Of a stretch of DNA of 64,000 bases, positions 12,731 to 28,590 are shown piece after piece. Positions within the stretch are counted from its first letter, which is position 1, and every line of letters starts with the position of its first letter. Source of the DNA: Octopus vulgaris (taxonomy: Eukaryota); the NCBI GenBank assembly GCA_951406725.2, contig OX597814.1:145762001-145826000 (forward strand). The letters run 5' to 3'. A program made the position numbers and the translations under genes. The notes under the pieces were generated by a model. That model saw only the letters and a program-made list of their open reading frames with translations, did not search any database and had not been told where the DNA came from.

Positions 12731-14378
12731 GTGAACTTGTATATACTACCGAAATTCAAGCCACTGACGTACGGAGAACGATACTAATAAAAAGGCAATC
12801 TTATTATGTATGAAATGCAATATAAATTTCTTAACGCGTAGGCTACATGGGCTTTACTTCTTACATGCACTAAAGCTGAAATCATTGCATAATATTCGTA
12901 TCGTGTGTCATCTAATAGATTTAAAAGTTTGCTGTGATTACTAATTGTAGATACTGTATTAATCTTTTTGAATAATTTATGTAGTTGAGCTAGTAGAAAG
13001 CAAAAAATATTCTGTTATTTACGTACATAATGCGCAATATTTTACAAATAATAACTTGAGAAAAAGATGACATTAACGAATATTTTCACCAAATTATTCT
13101 ACATACAACACGTAATAAAATCATTAACAAGAACCTCACCAGTTTTTCTGGAACTGCCTAATCTAATTCAAATATTATAATGACCACAAGATAAGCTATT
13201 AAAATTACATTGTCATTCATGTAGCGTAAACGTAAGAATGAAATGGAGTATTTGCCTTATTATTCTTTCGTTAATTCATTATTTCATTATTTCGTTATAT
13301 AAAATTGCTATTGTAATTACGCTCGATCATTCAGAAACAGAACCATTCAATATGAAATTTTATTGCTATAACCATGAAACTAATCTTGATTTACTGCTGC
13401 ATTTTTAGACATAAGTCGCACTAGGAAATGTATGAACTATTGAACTAAGAGCTCTTCATTACTTTTCTTTACTAACACCATTGTTTGCAGTTTCCTGCGT
13501 TGCGAGACCATTGTAGTGAATTTCATCACTTAGTCTACTGGTATTTGCACTGTCAGCTGTTGTTTTTTCTACAATCGTTTGTATTTTCTTCCATAAATAT
13601 ATTTTTCCTTTTTTACCCTCTTCCCCATCAATATTTCATTATCATAGTTATCCATACATGAGATGTGATAAAGAAATTTTATCGATTATATATGGTACAT
13701 AAACCCAAACTATATATTAATAATAAACATAGTTGCGCATACAATTTTACCGAGACGCCATCTCATTAAACAATAATGATTAGATGGAGTCTGAAGGGCT
13801 AGGTTCATCTTTTCTTAAACCTATTATTTTGATTATTGTAACTGAATAGAGACAAAGGGAAAGGGAGGTCGTATAAGGAGAGTCGTTTCAGAGAGGATAT
13901 TTGAACGAAAAACAGATAAGAAAGGGAAGTGTGAATGTTGAAAATAGGAAAAAGGACATCGAAGGACAAAACGAAAGTTAAAGTGAGAGGTCAAAGAAAT
14001 ATAATGATATGTTACTTGGTGTGAAAACAACCCTAATACCCCAAGGCCATGAATGTAATTATTTTAATTCTGAAAAAGTTTTTATTGAATTAAGCTGGTT
14101 TATTGGTTAAAAAATTATCGATGCTTCTTTCTATACATTCACGGTAAAATTCGCCCGAAACCATGGGAATATTAGCTTTCAAACCGATTTATGTTAGTAT
14201 ATTATAAATGGTTTAAATTTTCCGAAATATTTAGAAAACAATGTTGTAGACTATGAATTCTTAAACGAAGAAAAGGATATATAATTGTCTCAAGCAAATA
14301 ATGAAAAGGAAACAAAAGGAAACAAAACAATTAATTATAGATGAACATTATATTTCCTATTGAATTTGCAAAAGATAA

Positions 14379-14577
14379 ATATTCTGTTGTGTCTGGGGAG
14401 AGTCATTTTGTTTTTGTGCCTTATAATTTAACACAATCACCGGGAAAATTTCCTTATTTTTATTTTCCTAGGAAAATAGGAAAATAAAATTAAAGAATAA
14501 GTGGAAATCTTATCGGTAAGTGTGTTAAATTATAAGGCACAAAAAGAAAATGACTCTCCCCAGATACAACAGAATAT
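14379..14577. repeat. ~200-bp imperfect palindrome
   Basis: atattctgttgtgtctggggagagtcatttt...aaaatgactctccccagatacaacagaatat arms, centred near ttttcctaggaaaa. Confidence 0.9.
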
Positions 14578-14892
14578 GCTTCAACACACGAACTCATATA
14601 AAGAATCTTGCAAATCAAATCCAAAAACAGAAGGTAAATAAATAGACAGGCAACTTCAAAAGAACAACAGCATTAGACAAAATACCAACTTCTTAACGCT
14701 TTATGATCTATAATGTGATTTAAAATTTTCAGAAGGATTCGTATATGTAATATATAATATAATATCTATATATGTAATTATAGCTGTTTGTATGTATGTA
14801 TGTATGTATGTATGTATGTATATATGTATGTATGTATGTATGTATGTACGTATGTATGTATGTTTGTGCATGTATGTATGCATGTATGTGAG

Positions 14893-14924
<32 letters not shown>

Positions 14925-14938
14925 TATATATATATACA

Positions 14939-15448
14939 CGAGCAAAACACCCCCCCCCCGTCCAATGGACGGTGCTGAGTTGTCAAACATTTAAACCAAA
15001 TTGTCTCAAAACAACTTGTCCGACCATCTCACAGGCCTCCCTTTTGAGAAACCTAAATTTGAAACACCAGCAAAAGAAGAAATAAAGTTTGACTTTTTTC
15101 TATTCCAAAGAAAAATGATTTTATTCACACAAATATGCAGCCGAAGATTTTAAAGTACCAGTAATGATAAGGCTGTTGAATGGGAGAACACAAACACGGT
15201 TTAAATAGTGAGTTTGGCAGGAAAGAGACGTGCCTTTTGACAGTACAAAACAACAAAAAATGGAAGGTGAAGTTATGTACAGGTTGATGGAAGAATAACA
15301 GAACAAAAACGCCTTTATCGATTGCATTCTCACCGGGAAAGATTTTTGAAATTTTTTCAAGTGTTATACATGCCCTGATACCGTCGGTATCTACATATCA
15401 AATTTCAGCGCCATACATACACAGACAGAACGGATTTTATATAATAGA
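14939..15448 (-). mobile_element. Non-autonomous Helitron
   Basis: Minus strand starts A|TC (tctattatataaaatccg..) and ends with hairpin ccgtcc-att-ggacgg then CTCG|T (variant of CTRR). Confidence 0.6.
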
Positions 15449-15458
15449 TATGCATCTT

Positions 15459-15514
<56 letters not shown>

Positions 15515-16235
15515 CAGCGATAAATTCTTCGACCACAAATAATGATAGGAATTTCTTCCAACACGCGATCTCGTGAAGTCACATACCAAACAAGAAAAAT
15601 TATATTATTATTAATTAAGAATTATGTATGCGTATTTAAAACAAATGTTGCTTGTATTTATTATAGTAGACGAAATACAATAGAAAAATGATAATGAAAT
15701 TCAAGTCTAAGTTGTGTAAATACAGGTACAAGAAAACAATGTCTATTGATATTTACCTATGCACACACATACACACGCACATGTACCTACTTGTATACTC
15801 ACAAAAATAAACATAGACGCATTTAATTTTGATACCGACTTGCCAACATCCACAAAAAGACAGTATAGTAGGTCAAGTGCATTTTTTATTATCGCTATAG
15901 CGAAAATGAAGAATATGTAAATTCAAGGTGTACAGTTTTTACACTTAGAACCTAAAGAAGCATGAAAGATATTTTAAAGCATTATATTCTTGTCCTATAT
16001 CATTGCGTCTCTGCAAAATTCAGCAGCATATGGTAATAACCTGTATAGTAGGCTTGACTGTCATAAGAAAAGAAATGATTGTTAAATTTACAAACCTGAA
16101 GGCAGTGTAGTATTTTTATATGTATGTGAGTATATATACGCACATTCATACATACACACACACACTTATATATATACACACATATATATATATATTTATA
16201 TAGATATACATATATATATATACATATATGCATAC

Positions 16236-16274
<39 letters not shown>

Positions 16275-16289
16275 TATATACATATATAC

Positions 16290-16357
<68 letters not shown>

Positions 16358-19300
16358 AATATACATATGTATATGTGAATTGTATTTTTTTGCAAATGAT
16401 ACTGAGCACAATTAAATTGGTTATTAATTTAAAATTTATCAAGAATATATGAAAGAAGATACATTAATATAGAAAACCATCAGGTGGTGAGAAGTTAAAT
16501 TATAGAAAATTACACTTTGTGTAACATGTTCAAGATAAAGTTAAGAATTTAAAAGTTCCTAATATAAAATGTCATCTACTAACAGACTCAAGTTTGATTT
16601 CGTATTATTCTTTTCCTTTGTTCGTGTTTGTTCGATATACTTTGATTTAATATAAATTGTGAGATGATAGCAATAAAATCTGTCTGGAACAACTCAACCT
16701 TCTACAATAGTAACTTTTGTGAACATGTGTACTATAACAACGACGATTTTACGAATCAATTTAAAATATATTGCAGTAGGTTATAGAATATTGCAATTAT
16801 ATTTGTTAACAGCAGGGGAGAAGTGAAACCTTGAAGTACTATCAACATATACTAATGGTGTTACGAGCCTAGAAATGTCGTCTTCAGGCTAGGAATAGCA
16901 GTCAAATCCCTCTGAAAAATCACAGTATATCATCTTAGATAATGTTCGTGGTAAGCCTGTTCTGAAAGTAAAAAAAAAAAACTGAATTGGTTATATCTTA
17001 ACTTACTCGACTCAGCTGGAGGTTAAACAACGCAGACAAACTTGCATTCAAAAGAGCAATGTATGAAGTAGTACACAAAATATTACTGGCGTAACTGTTT
17101 TTTCAAACGAATTGAAAGTAAAATGAACACCAGCGTGCTTGTATTTGCAATCTGTATCAATTGTAATGAAAATATTTTTACTCTCAGTCATAAAATCAGA
17201 ATAAAATTTCGTTAATATTTGTAAAAATATATTCTGCATTTGATTTTCGGATTTATTTAAAACAAACATCTGGAATATTAACCATTAAGTTTGTTCCCAA
17301 AATCTATAAACTATTCTAATGTTGACATATAGTGACGTCAATCAAATGCATTTTATAGTTCAGCTCAACATAAAGGCTGCATAAATCTTGCTCAATTCTT
17401 TAATAAACATTATTTCCTCACATGTTATGTGGATTGCTTTTTAAAATGTCATTCTGAAAAATGGAGGAAGAATCTTATGTAATATTATAAAGTGCCATAT
17501 TTGTGTCTTTGTCTCCATATTTTAGGAGAGTGGGAAAACTAGATACTTTTTGTAACTTCAAAACTCATTTATGATTGTATTAATAAATGATAAAATTGTA
17601 GTGATTGTGAAAGTAAACAACTGTATACTATTTAATATTTTCTGTTTATTATTGTAAAATAAAAGTGCAAATATATTTAATAGTTGTTTATTTCGCTTTT
17701 TACATTTGCTTTGAAATTTCTCATCCTTAGAGATAAACTGCAACACTGTGTCTCGTTTATTTAAATACTTCACTTGGAAATAATGTGACTTCTAATTAAT
17801 TCTTATTTTATTATAGATGGATAGTATTCTACGTGAATGTGCAAATATATATAATAAATGCCAATGTTTAGGCAAGTATGCCTAAACACACGCATACAAA
17901 AATTGCTCATATTAATCCTTTAGAAAGTGCCTATGACATAAAATATAGTAATCACCGTCTGTCGACGTTGTAATTACTGACGTAATTTCTTCAAAAAATA
18001 TTAATACTTGTTCTCACATGAGATTTGAAAACCAGGTGCAGCTATATCTATGCAATCTGTGCAAATTAGGAAATATCATACTGACATACATTTTGACATA
18101 CTGTCACTACATGTGACAGAGACTTTTTAGTAAAGTATTTATCAGCCTATTACAATACTATACTGATGTTTATTTCATTCATTTAATACTTTTATATGAA
18201 TATATAATTAGGAATATATTAATTTACATTATGTTTATCAGGGAATCCATCAAATTTTGTTCGTGTTGTACTTGAAAAGCAAGTACCACAAAATGGTCTA
18301 TAGATCCGAATGTAGAAAATCTGAGTAGTTTTTAAACCGAATTGTTTAAAACAATTGGTTTGGTCTGACTGACTGATGGAAACTTCATTTACTGATAGAA
18401 ACAGCCGGCACCACTCCAGCCAACACTACTGTTGGTAGAAAATATTTATAATGTGACCTTGTATTTCTTCAAAGCAATAAGCATATAACCTGACAGTTTT
18501 CTTAGGCTACGAATTAGTAAACATTTTATAAGGCTGTTGCAAGATTCGGTTAGATTCAAGAAAATCATAACCTAACAATTTTCTAATTATAATTTACACG
18601 TTTAGAGACTTCAAAAGGCATTCTTGATAAATTCATAACAATAAGTGTATATGTTTATTAGAAAACGGAAGAAGATACTTTGTCTTTGTTTTGGACAAAA
18701 ATCGGACTGTAAATTAATATCAAATACTACCAGCATTCTGAGAGACATTAAAGCCAGTATCTCTTTTCTTTTGAGTTTTGATTTACATCGCCCAGCAAAT
18801 TAGAGTTGGCAATTTTAATTGGTGTCGCAAACCAACATATGAGACAATTCTTGAATTCTAAGCTCTGACGATCCAGTCATTCTTTTTCTTTTGATCCAAA
18901 GCTATGGACAATTCGGGTACTTATCATTAAAAGTAAACTACCATCCACCAAAGTTATTTCTCATGAGAGATAGTAAGCGGAGGCTGTTTGGAAGCACGTC
19001 GGAGGAACCATTCTGGTCTTGAGTGGAAGACTTAACCTGTGGCCCATTCAGTAATTCCATGAGCTTTTAGCAGTCTTCATTGTATGCCAAGCATTCTGGC
19101 CGGTAGTCAAGTCAGAGGTTAATTCACCCACACAACACAAATGCCCTAAAAATGGCTATGGTCTCTGTCTTTCCGGATCTGAGTAAGTCATTAACAAGCA
19201 CATACACTTACATACCTATATACATACATGTTTATAAATATATGCGTAAATAATTACATACAATTCGTCGAATTACCTCGTGATAGGAACAAAATTCAAC

Positions 19301-20956
19301 AATTTGAAAAACATCAAGCTGCTTTTTATAGACAAAAACAGAATTATAGAAAAGGTAAGAAATGGTATTATTCGTCAAAATACTAATTAGAATTATACAA
19401 AATTACCTCATACTAATATGTTTTTTATACATAATATATACTTCATTATTTTCAATTAGAGATATGCATTTTTTCGCTACATGTAGGAATCTTTTATAAC
19501 AGGAAAGAAAATAACCTAGCGAAGTTATGTTGGAAAAATGTCGATTTTCTATATGTCACGGGTAAATGCCAGAATGACATAGCAACATGTTTTCATATAG
19601 ATTCATTGTAAATACGCAGTTATTTAACATGTAAACTTACGACATTGAATATAATTTATGTACACAGTTTATCAAAACGCGAAACAAAAACATCGAAATA
19701 AACATAAAAAACGATCAATATTTTTTACGTTAGCTTCCTTTCCACACAGCTCTCCTTCAAGTGACTCGAAAAGCATTATTCCTTTTGCGTTCATTTTCAT
19801 AGTAAAATCATTGAGGTATTAACTGTCTCTAAGATCAATGCCTGGGCATACTTTTACGAAAATGATATATTTGTATTCTTTTCACATCTACTGATGTTCA
19901 ACAATAATTTAGAATTCAAGCTCAACGGGACAATGGAACATGAAATTCATATAACAACTCAGAGAAAGCGTGAAATTGCTGCTACAAATGATGTAAGAGA
20001 TAGACGTGTGAAGTTTCAGTTTATTATTACTTTCACTACAAGAAAGTCGTACGGATGTAAACTGGTTCGTTTGCATAGACGTTAATATGCATGACGATAA
20101 TTTCTATATCTCTTCCTTTCATTAATGGATGTGCTTATGCATGAATGTATGTATGCTTGTATGTATGTATATATGTATGTATGTATGCATGTATGTATGT
20201 ATATATGTATGTATATACGTATGTATGTATCTATTTATCTATCTACCTATCTTTCTCCTCTGTACGTTTGCCAATCTGTCTGCCTCTCTCTCTCTCTCTC
20301 TCTCTCTTATATATTTATATATATATATACATATTTGCATAATACACACACATATGTATGCGCGTGTGTGTCTATGTATATATATATATACATTTGCGCG
20401 CACTCATACACATATATACATATATAAATATATATATATATATGTGTATATATATATGTATATATATGTGTGTGTGCATATGTGTATGGTCATTTATACT
20501 CACGCAGGTACAGAGAACCATGTACATACATTCGCATACACATAAACACGTACGCATGCATATACACACATATCTGTTCAATTGGTATTTCGCAAGTAAT
20601 AGCATCATTGGTTAAGTATTAGCTGTAATTACGACAGCAGGATCCACAAAGAACGTCTGAGCAAATCGTCGGTACTACCATTAGAAAATAACTGTGTTGC
20701 TTAATTTTGTGGGGGCAAATTTATATCTTCCTTCGATATATATCGGTTGCAGTAGAATACATTTCATACATAGGAAATACATAGACGTATATCGTAAGAG
20801 GAATATTCATCAGAAAAGAACCCCCTTATTCTTTGGTTAATAGTACGAGTCACCCACCTTTCAAAGAACTTGAGAAGGTCAGATTCGCATACGAAACTGG
20901 CTTGCCAGAGTGGAAATATACCTCGTAACCAAAAATAATTTTGGTGACCTAGCAAA

Positions 20957-21024
<68 letters not shown>

Positions 21025-21028
<4 letters not shown>

Positions 21029-21446
21029 AAATAGCATTCAGCCAACTCATAGATACTTGCGCCAACAACAAAACACCAAACTTCAGGATTTTCCCCCTCT
21101 ACCAATTCAGGGACGATACAACCTCGAGACAACGAATAAGTAAAGAAACTCTATTACAAAATACAGGCCACTTCTTAACGGGTCTACGACAAACGATATA
21201 TACACCTCAGCTTTAGAATAACACAAATACACACGCAAATATTACATTCCAAAGAATCCATTACAAATCAGCCCCAATCACAGCTATAACCCATAACGTG
21301 CCAACTTTAAGTCACACCTCACTACTTCTACTCATTGATATTCTCCCTTCTCTTCTTCTTCCTCTTTTTCATTATCATTATCATCATCATCGTCATCATC
21401 ATCACCATCATGATCACCATCATGATCATCATCATCATCATCTTCT

Positions 21447-21478
<32 letters not shown>

Positions 21479-22070
21479 TTCTTCTTCTTCTTCTTCTTCT
21501 TCTTCTTCTTCTGCTCCACCTTCTACTTCTTAACTTTATCACTAATGCTTTTTAGTATAACACCTACGCAAATTCTATAAACAAACCTTTCAATAGAAAT
21601 ATTCTCATGAATTGAACTGCAACTGCTAGCCACCACTGACCATTCAAAATACGACAATCAAGACACTCCCAAATTTTCCCACCCCTCCTCTTAATCATCC
21701 TTCTTCTTCTTCTTCTTCTTCTTCTTCTTCTTCTTCTTCTTCTTCTTCTTCTTCTTCTTCTTCTTCTTCTTCTTCTTCTTCTTCTACCCTACCAAGAATT
21801 CACAACGACCTCGAACCCACGAGTGTAAACAAGAGAGACAGAGAAAGGCAGTAACAAGGAAAATGCCACTTATATTTGAACACTATACAAATATTCCTTT
21901 AAAAAAACTTTTCTTTTAATTTTTCTAAATTTAATTATTTAATCGTTACAGTTGAAAAGGTCTCAAAATAACCGAAACCGGTACTGAAATGTTCTTTATA
22001 AAATTATTTTAGCATTTTCTATCTTGACTTGTTTTTTCATATATATCAACTCGTGTGTTCCTTTCACCCT
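21025..22070 (+). mobile_element. 5'-truncated PLE: GIY-YIG C-terminus, (CAT)n/(CTT)n 3' UTR, hammerhead terminus
   Basis: RKIAFSQLIDTC..NFRIFPLYQF...RISKE../KYRPLLN; bounded by (TA)n and (TACA)n. Confidence 0.7.
21946..21989 (+). ncRNA. Minimal hammerhead ribozyme, U3-A8 core variant
   Basis: ttacag-TTGAAAA-ggt...acc-GAAA-ccgg-TA-ctgaaa. Confidence 0.7.
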
Positions 22071-22096
22071 TATACATACATACATACATACATACA

Positions 22097-22148
<52 letters not shown>

Positions 22149-22189
22149 CACATTGCGTGTAGAAAGTTGAAATGTAACACACGAGTTGA

Positions 22190-22957
<768 letters not shown>

Positions 22958-23005
22958 GTGTGTGTATATATATATGTATCTATATACAAATGTATACATA
23001 TACAT

Positions 23006-23059
<54 letters not shown>

Positions 23060-24165
23060 TTCTAGGTTAAAGTAGTGAGGAAAGGCAAACAACTAGGCAA
23101 TCTTTGACAGGGGTATTTGAATTAATATGATTTCATCTAAGTTCATTATTTCCAAAAGAGATTAGTTGTCCAATTTAATCCACTTAGATAGGGGATCCTT
23201 TGGGTAAGTCGATGACAAGAAAGGATGGTTAGGTAGTCCCCTATGGTGAGAGAAAAGAAAAGAATTGTCATGCAATACTTCGTAGTGAGGGAAAGTAAGA
23301 TCTTTGTTTTAGATATAAACTATTCAGCATACTGAGGGGTATTCAGTCCAGAGAAATTTTGGGGAGGAATAAATAATAGGTAGATGGGTAGAAAAGGATA
23401 AGAGTATTGTTGTAGATATACAGTAATGAGTATAGTGTGAGATATGTTTGTCTGTGGAAATTAGAGGGAGGGAGTGCAGAGCATGGAAAAAGGCAAATTT
23501 AAAGGACAGATAAAGGAAAAAATAACACAAAGCTAGTGCCAGACTTACAAGGCTGGGTATCAATGAGAGGATAAGTGTAATTAATAAAGTGGACGTAAAA
23601 TGATAATAAACATCGTCTGTAGTGGGAGGTCAAATTTTCTGGAGAGAAGACATACGGTTGTCTAACCACTAAAAACACTAGAAATAGATCGCAACTGGTA
23701 AACAAAAGATTTAAGATTTGCGGTATAAAAACAAAAATTAAGACACATTGCTATAAAAATATAAATAAACAAAAGATAAAAATAAAAGTAATTAAAAAGT
23801 GATTCACTTAAAATTAAAAATAAAGTTAATATCTAAAATTAAAATTACGATTAAATTTTAAAAGTGGACGTAAAAAGATAATAGACATCATCTGTAGTGG
23901 GTGGTCGAATTTTTCTAGAGAGGTTGTCCAAATACGGTTGTCCAAATTAGATGTTAGTATTAATCAGAAATGGAAAACTTTTAAGGACATCAAAAATTTG
24001 TGCACACAAGTGGAGAATGGTTCATGTTGCATATTAAGTAACTGTGTAGGCGTATGTAACAATATGTGCAAGGATTCTTTTAGGCATGCCCAACAAGAAT
24101 TATGCTGGTCCTGGTATGGGAGGCAGGAATCAAGTAAAGACCAGGATATATTTAATAAATTTTCT
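23060..24165 (-). mobile_element. 5'-truncated PLE: endonuclease C-terminus and 3' UTR
   Basis: Minus strand 24160-23964 reads ISWSLLDSCLPYQDQHNSCWACLKESLHIL..LLN..E...CVH, matching the C-terminal pattern of the 895-aa ORF; 23243-23295 matches 22452-22505. Confidence 0.75.
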
Positions 24166-24406
24166 TTTTCTTACATGCATACATATATACATACATGCAT
24201 GCATATATATATATGTTTAAGTAGTTGAATGAATTATCCTGGTACGGATAATTCGGTTAACCGATACCCGGGTAGTAAATTTACGTCAGAAAGCACGGTT
24301 GAAGCTACATGCCAAGGGCAGAAATCACATGCTTTCGTGTGGACATTTGTGTGTTTTTTTACTATAGATAAATGAAGGAATGGAGTCGAACGACGATTTA
24401 ACAAAA

Positions 24407-24505
24407 TTCCTTTATTCTCGACGCATGTTTCGAAGACTGCATATTCTTAATTTCGAAGGAATAAAGGGTTCACTATGCCGTCTTCTCATCAGGAAAGACA
24501 AGGAA
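24407..24505 (-). ncRNA. Type I hammerhead ribozyme (left arm)
   Basis: Minus strand: CTGATGA-gaagacggcata...tatgcagtcttc-GAAA-catgcg-TC-gagaataaagg. Confidence 0.8.
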
Positions 24506-24573
24506 CTTATGTCAGCATCATGACAAACAAAAACTTTTTTAAAAGTCTTTGTTCGTCATGATGCTGACATAAG

Positions 24574-24672
24574 TTCCTTGTCTTTCCTGATGAGAAGACG
24601 GCATAGTGAACCCTTTATTCCTTCGGAATTAAGAATATGCAGACTTCGAAACATGTGTCGAGGATAAAGGAA
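24574..24672 (+). ncRNA. Type I hammerhead ribozyme (right arm)
   Basis: ccttgtctttc-CTGATGA-gaagacggcata...tatgcagacttc-GAAA-catgtg-TC-gaggataaagg. Confidence 0.82.
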
Positions 24673-24706
24673 TTTTGTTAAATCGTCGTTCGACTCCATT
24701 CTTTCA

Positions 24707-24848
<142 letters not shown>

Positions 24849-27076
24849 TATATATGTGCGTGTGTGTGAATCTGCGTCGTGATCAATTAAAATAATATAC
24901 ATAAATATATATATATGGATGCATATATTCATACAGGACGTCACCAACGATGCAAATAACATGAAATATGTAAACAAACGAGTTAAATACCTAAACAACG
25001 AGAAGAAATGGAAAATAGGACAAGTAAACATAGAGAAATGAGTCTTGAAAGACAGTTGCTCCCATAAATTCTAAAATAAACTTTAGGAGATTTTGAGGTT
25101 CAATGTTGGGAACAAAAACATAACAGTGGAGACATACAAGGAAACCGAACGATAACAAACATGAAAGGTCGTTAGACCAGAATGAGATGAAAATAGTGAA
25201 CGTTGGGAGAAACCTTATTTTTTTTTTAAAAAAGAAAAGCTAGATGAGAGAGAAAAAACACGTCCGTTCTTTTGAACGTCCATGCAGGAACAGAAAGATG
25301 GTCATGCGAGGAAAAGAGAGATGGACGGTGGTCACGTGTGAGCATCGACAGAGAGAGAAAAAGAGAGAAAGATAAGGAAGAGAGAAAGATGGATAGTAAA
25401 CAGTGAAGGAGGGAGGGGAGAAAAAAGGAATTAGAGAAGAAGGTTTGAAGAAAACATTATAGAATAGAGAGACGCATCAAAAAGATAAACTTACTTGCAA
25501 ATGGATGCGTCGCATTCTATTATAACCATAAACAATATATATATATGTGTGTGTGTGTGTGTATGTGTGTGTGTGTGTGTGCGTATGTGTTTGCATATAT
25601 GGGTACAGGACGTCACTAACGGGGGAAGTAACATGAAATACGTACACAGCTAGAAAAAAATGGAAAAGTGGTTACATAATCTCAGAGAAAGGACCTCCCA
25701 TCCCCCCCTCCTTCTCCTCATTTCTCTTCTTATTTATCTTCTTCGTGTTCTTTTCGTTATTATTATTTAACCAGCATTATCATATATCCGATAGCTAAAT
25801 GTTTTGTTTATCTGAATTTACTGATTTTTGTATGAGTGATATATCTAGGAGAGGAAATTCTGCTTTATTCAAATTGCATTATATTTCAATTCAGAAAAAT
25901 GCCTTGGTTTCCTCTTACGACAAAGCGGTTAAAGTGATAGATGAGTTAATCTTGTATAAGTAATTATTTAATAATATTACTATGGTATTATAGAAGGATA
26001 CATAATCTCAGTTACAAACTGTAGATTTATCTTGGGAAATCTATAGTCGATAATTAAATCTAATGTATTAAATCTAATACAAACATACAGAGAGATATAC
26101 ACACGCACGCACACACGCAGACTCATATATGTATTAAACGTAAAAGGATCAAAATATATAAAACGGGAAAAAGGTGTAATACAGCTCATAATGTGTCTAC
26201 CTAGGTTCTGTCGCAGCATCATTGCCTTAGTTTCGTTGGTGCACAATTACGACCAGTGACGTCAGGAATACTTATAACATAGAATACAGAGGTGACGACA
26301 AGATAGTATAATACATAGTAGAGTCTGAGTGACTAGAACTAGTTAATCACCACAATCTTGAAAAATGTGGTTAAAGCTTATTTACTGAGTAAAAAAGAAA
26401 TAAACTGACAGATCAAAGGAGGAACAGTAAGAAGTTCTGGTTCCCCTCTTACCTGTCTGAGAATGGTAAAAAGCTGAATAGAAACGAAACGAAACACGGA
26501 TTACCAATACAATGTTTTTTTTAATCATATACCCAGTGTCATACGAATTTTCATCCTCATATAGTACCCCATGATCCTTTATATAATCGCTGTTCTCCTA
26601 ATAATCTATTTGCCTTGATGGATGTTTATGATTACGATTGTCCCTGTAATTTTTCGATTTTTCTTCTTGAGATCGCACCCGGAGTTCTAACCCACTAGCC
26701 AAAACTTGAAATCCAGTATCTCGCCTAGGACGAAGAAACAAAGAGGAATGTTGGATAAAGGAAGGTAATCTGCATCCATCCACCCTTCCACCTCAACATC
26801 CGATGTAGACTACCAAAATTACTATTTGTTGCATTAGAAAAGTACTTGCCAAGTCTGTTAAACATAGGAAGATTTTAAAACCCCACTCCATTAAGCTTTC
26901 ATACTCTACTACCTATAACATATCCCATGTTATACGTATGATTTATTAAACTACTAAAAGGTCCACCCATTGTTAAGGCTAACAATACCCGTATGAATTA
27001 TTATAGCATATATAAAAATCCGGAACACTCTCGTCGAAACGAGTGACCGAATGTTAATAAAGCCGCTAACAAAAAG

Positions 27077-28590
27077 TCAACCATTTGTTATTCATGGATG
27101 GATGACCTAAAACTTTATGGTAAAGATGAAACCTAAGTCTGTTCCCTCGTTGATACTGTGCTGCTTCAATGCTGATATCAGAATGGGGATCGGACTGAGA
27201 AAGTGTGGTGTGTTAGTATTAAAGAGAGGCAAAATCAAATGTATGGACGGGCAAACGATACTATCAGGGGAGGTTATGAAGCAGATTGAAGAGACGGGCT
27301 ATAAATACTTGGGGATTTGGGAAATGGAGAAATTGATGGAGAAAGAAATGACAGGAAAATTTAACGTGGAGTACTTGCGCAGATTCAGACTGAACCTTAA
27401 GTCGAAATTAAACGGGCAGAATGAGATTGAAGCTATCAACACCTGGGCGATTTTACTCCTTAGATATGGAGCATAGGTAATCGCATGGGCATTAGACGAA
27501 CTAAACAGCTTAGACAGAAAGACAGGGACGTTGCTAACTAGATATGGGGCACTCCACCCAAAAATTGACAAAGACAGACTGTATGTACCAAGAAAAAGAG
27601 AGGAGGGAAGAGGACTGACTGGATGGGAACACAGCATTAGAACAGATGAAATAAACATAGAACCGCTATTATTAGAAGAAGGTCAGGCTTGTGTAGGATG
27701 AAAGATTGCAAAGGTAAAGCACTGTACAAGAAATTGAAAACGAATGAAACTGAAAATTGGTGGGTAAAGAAACGAACGCATGGTCAATTTCATAGGGATG
27801 TTGAAGATAAGACAGACAGAGAAAAAAGAAGGCTGTGAATGACTAAAAGTGAATTACAACCGCATACGAGTGCTCTAAACTATGCTGCCAAAGAGCAAGC
27901 ACTAAGAATAAACTACAAAAAGTACACTTATATAGACAACAAAGCAGAAAGTGATAAGTGCAGAATCTGTGGACAATATGGTGAAACTGCATGGCATATT
28001 ACCAGCCTATGTACGCCACAAGCCCAGAAGGAATATAAGAGACGCCATGACAAAATAGCCAGGCTTCACAGAGCAAAACATTTGTACGACCACAAACCCA
28101 AAGGCATCGTCGAAAATAACAATGCAAAGATCCTTTGGGATTTTATGATTCAATGCGACGATGAGTTATAGAATAGGAAGCCAGGCATTGTCTTAACTGA
28201 AAAGGAAAGCAAACTACTATGCTAGATCATAAATATAGCATACCAGCTGAAAACAAGGTATGCGATAAGGAAGAAAGAAAAGTCGAGAGATATGACAGGT
28301 TAGCATGGGAAGTTAAGCAGTTGTGGTCGATGAAAAAGGTAGCAGTAGTACCAATAATTGTCGGAGTCCTTGGAACAGTGAGCAAAAATCTCGAGAAGTA
28401 CGTAGAGGCTGCCATAAGAGTGGAGCCCTTGCAGAAAAACAGCAGTGCTTGGAACTGCTCGAATACTCCGGATGGCGCTCGAAAAATAAGAGGTGTTACT
28501 TTAGTTCACCGGTAGTGAACAGCTGACATTGTAGTACATCTCCAGTGTTAGAAGCTGTGCAAAGGCAATAAATAATATTAATAATAATAA
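27077..28590 (+). mobile_element. 5'-truncated, decayed R4/Dong-type non-LTR retrotransposon (RT + restriction-like endonuclease)
   Basis: NHLLFM/DDLKLY, KYLGI, AINTWA, CRIC..ET..HI...C, YKRRHD, ILWDF.IQ.D, RKP(G)IV, K..RY..L, VPIIVG.LG; (TAA)n-like tail. Confidence 0.85.

Noticed and set aside
20775-20815. Minus-strand CTGATGA...GATA-tacg-TC
   Set aside because: GAAA mutated and stem I unpaired; at best a dead relic
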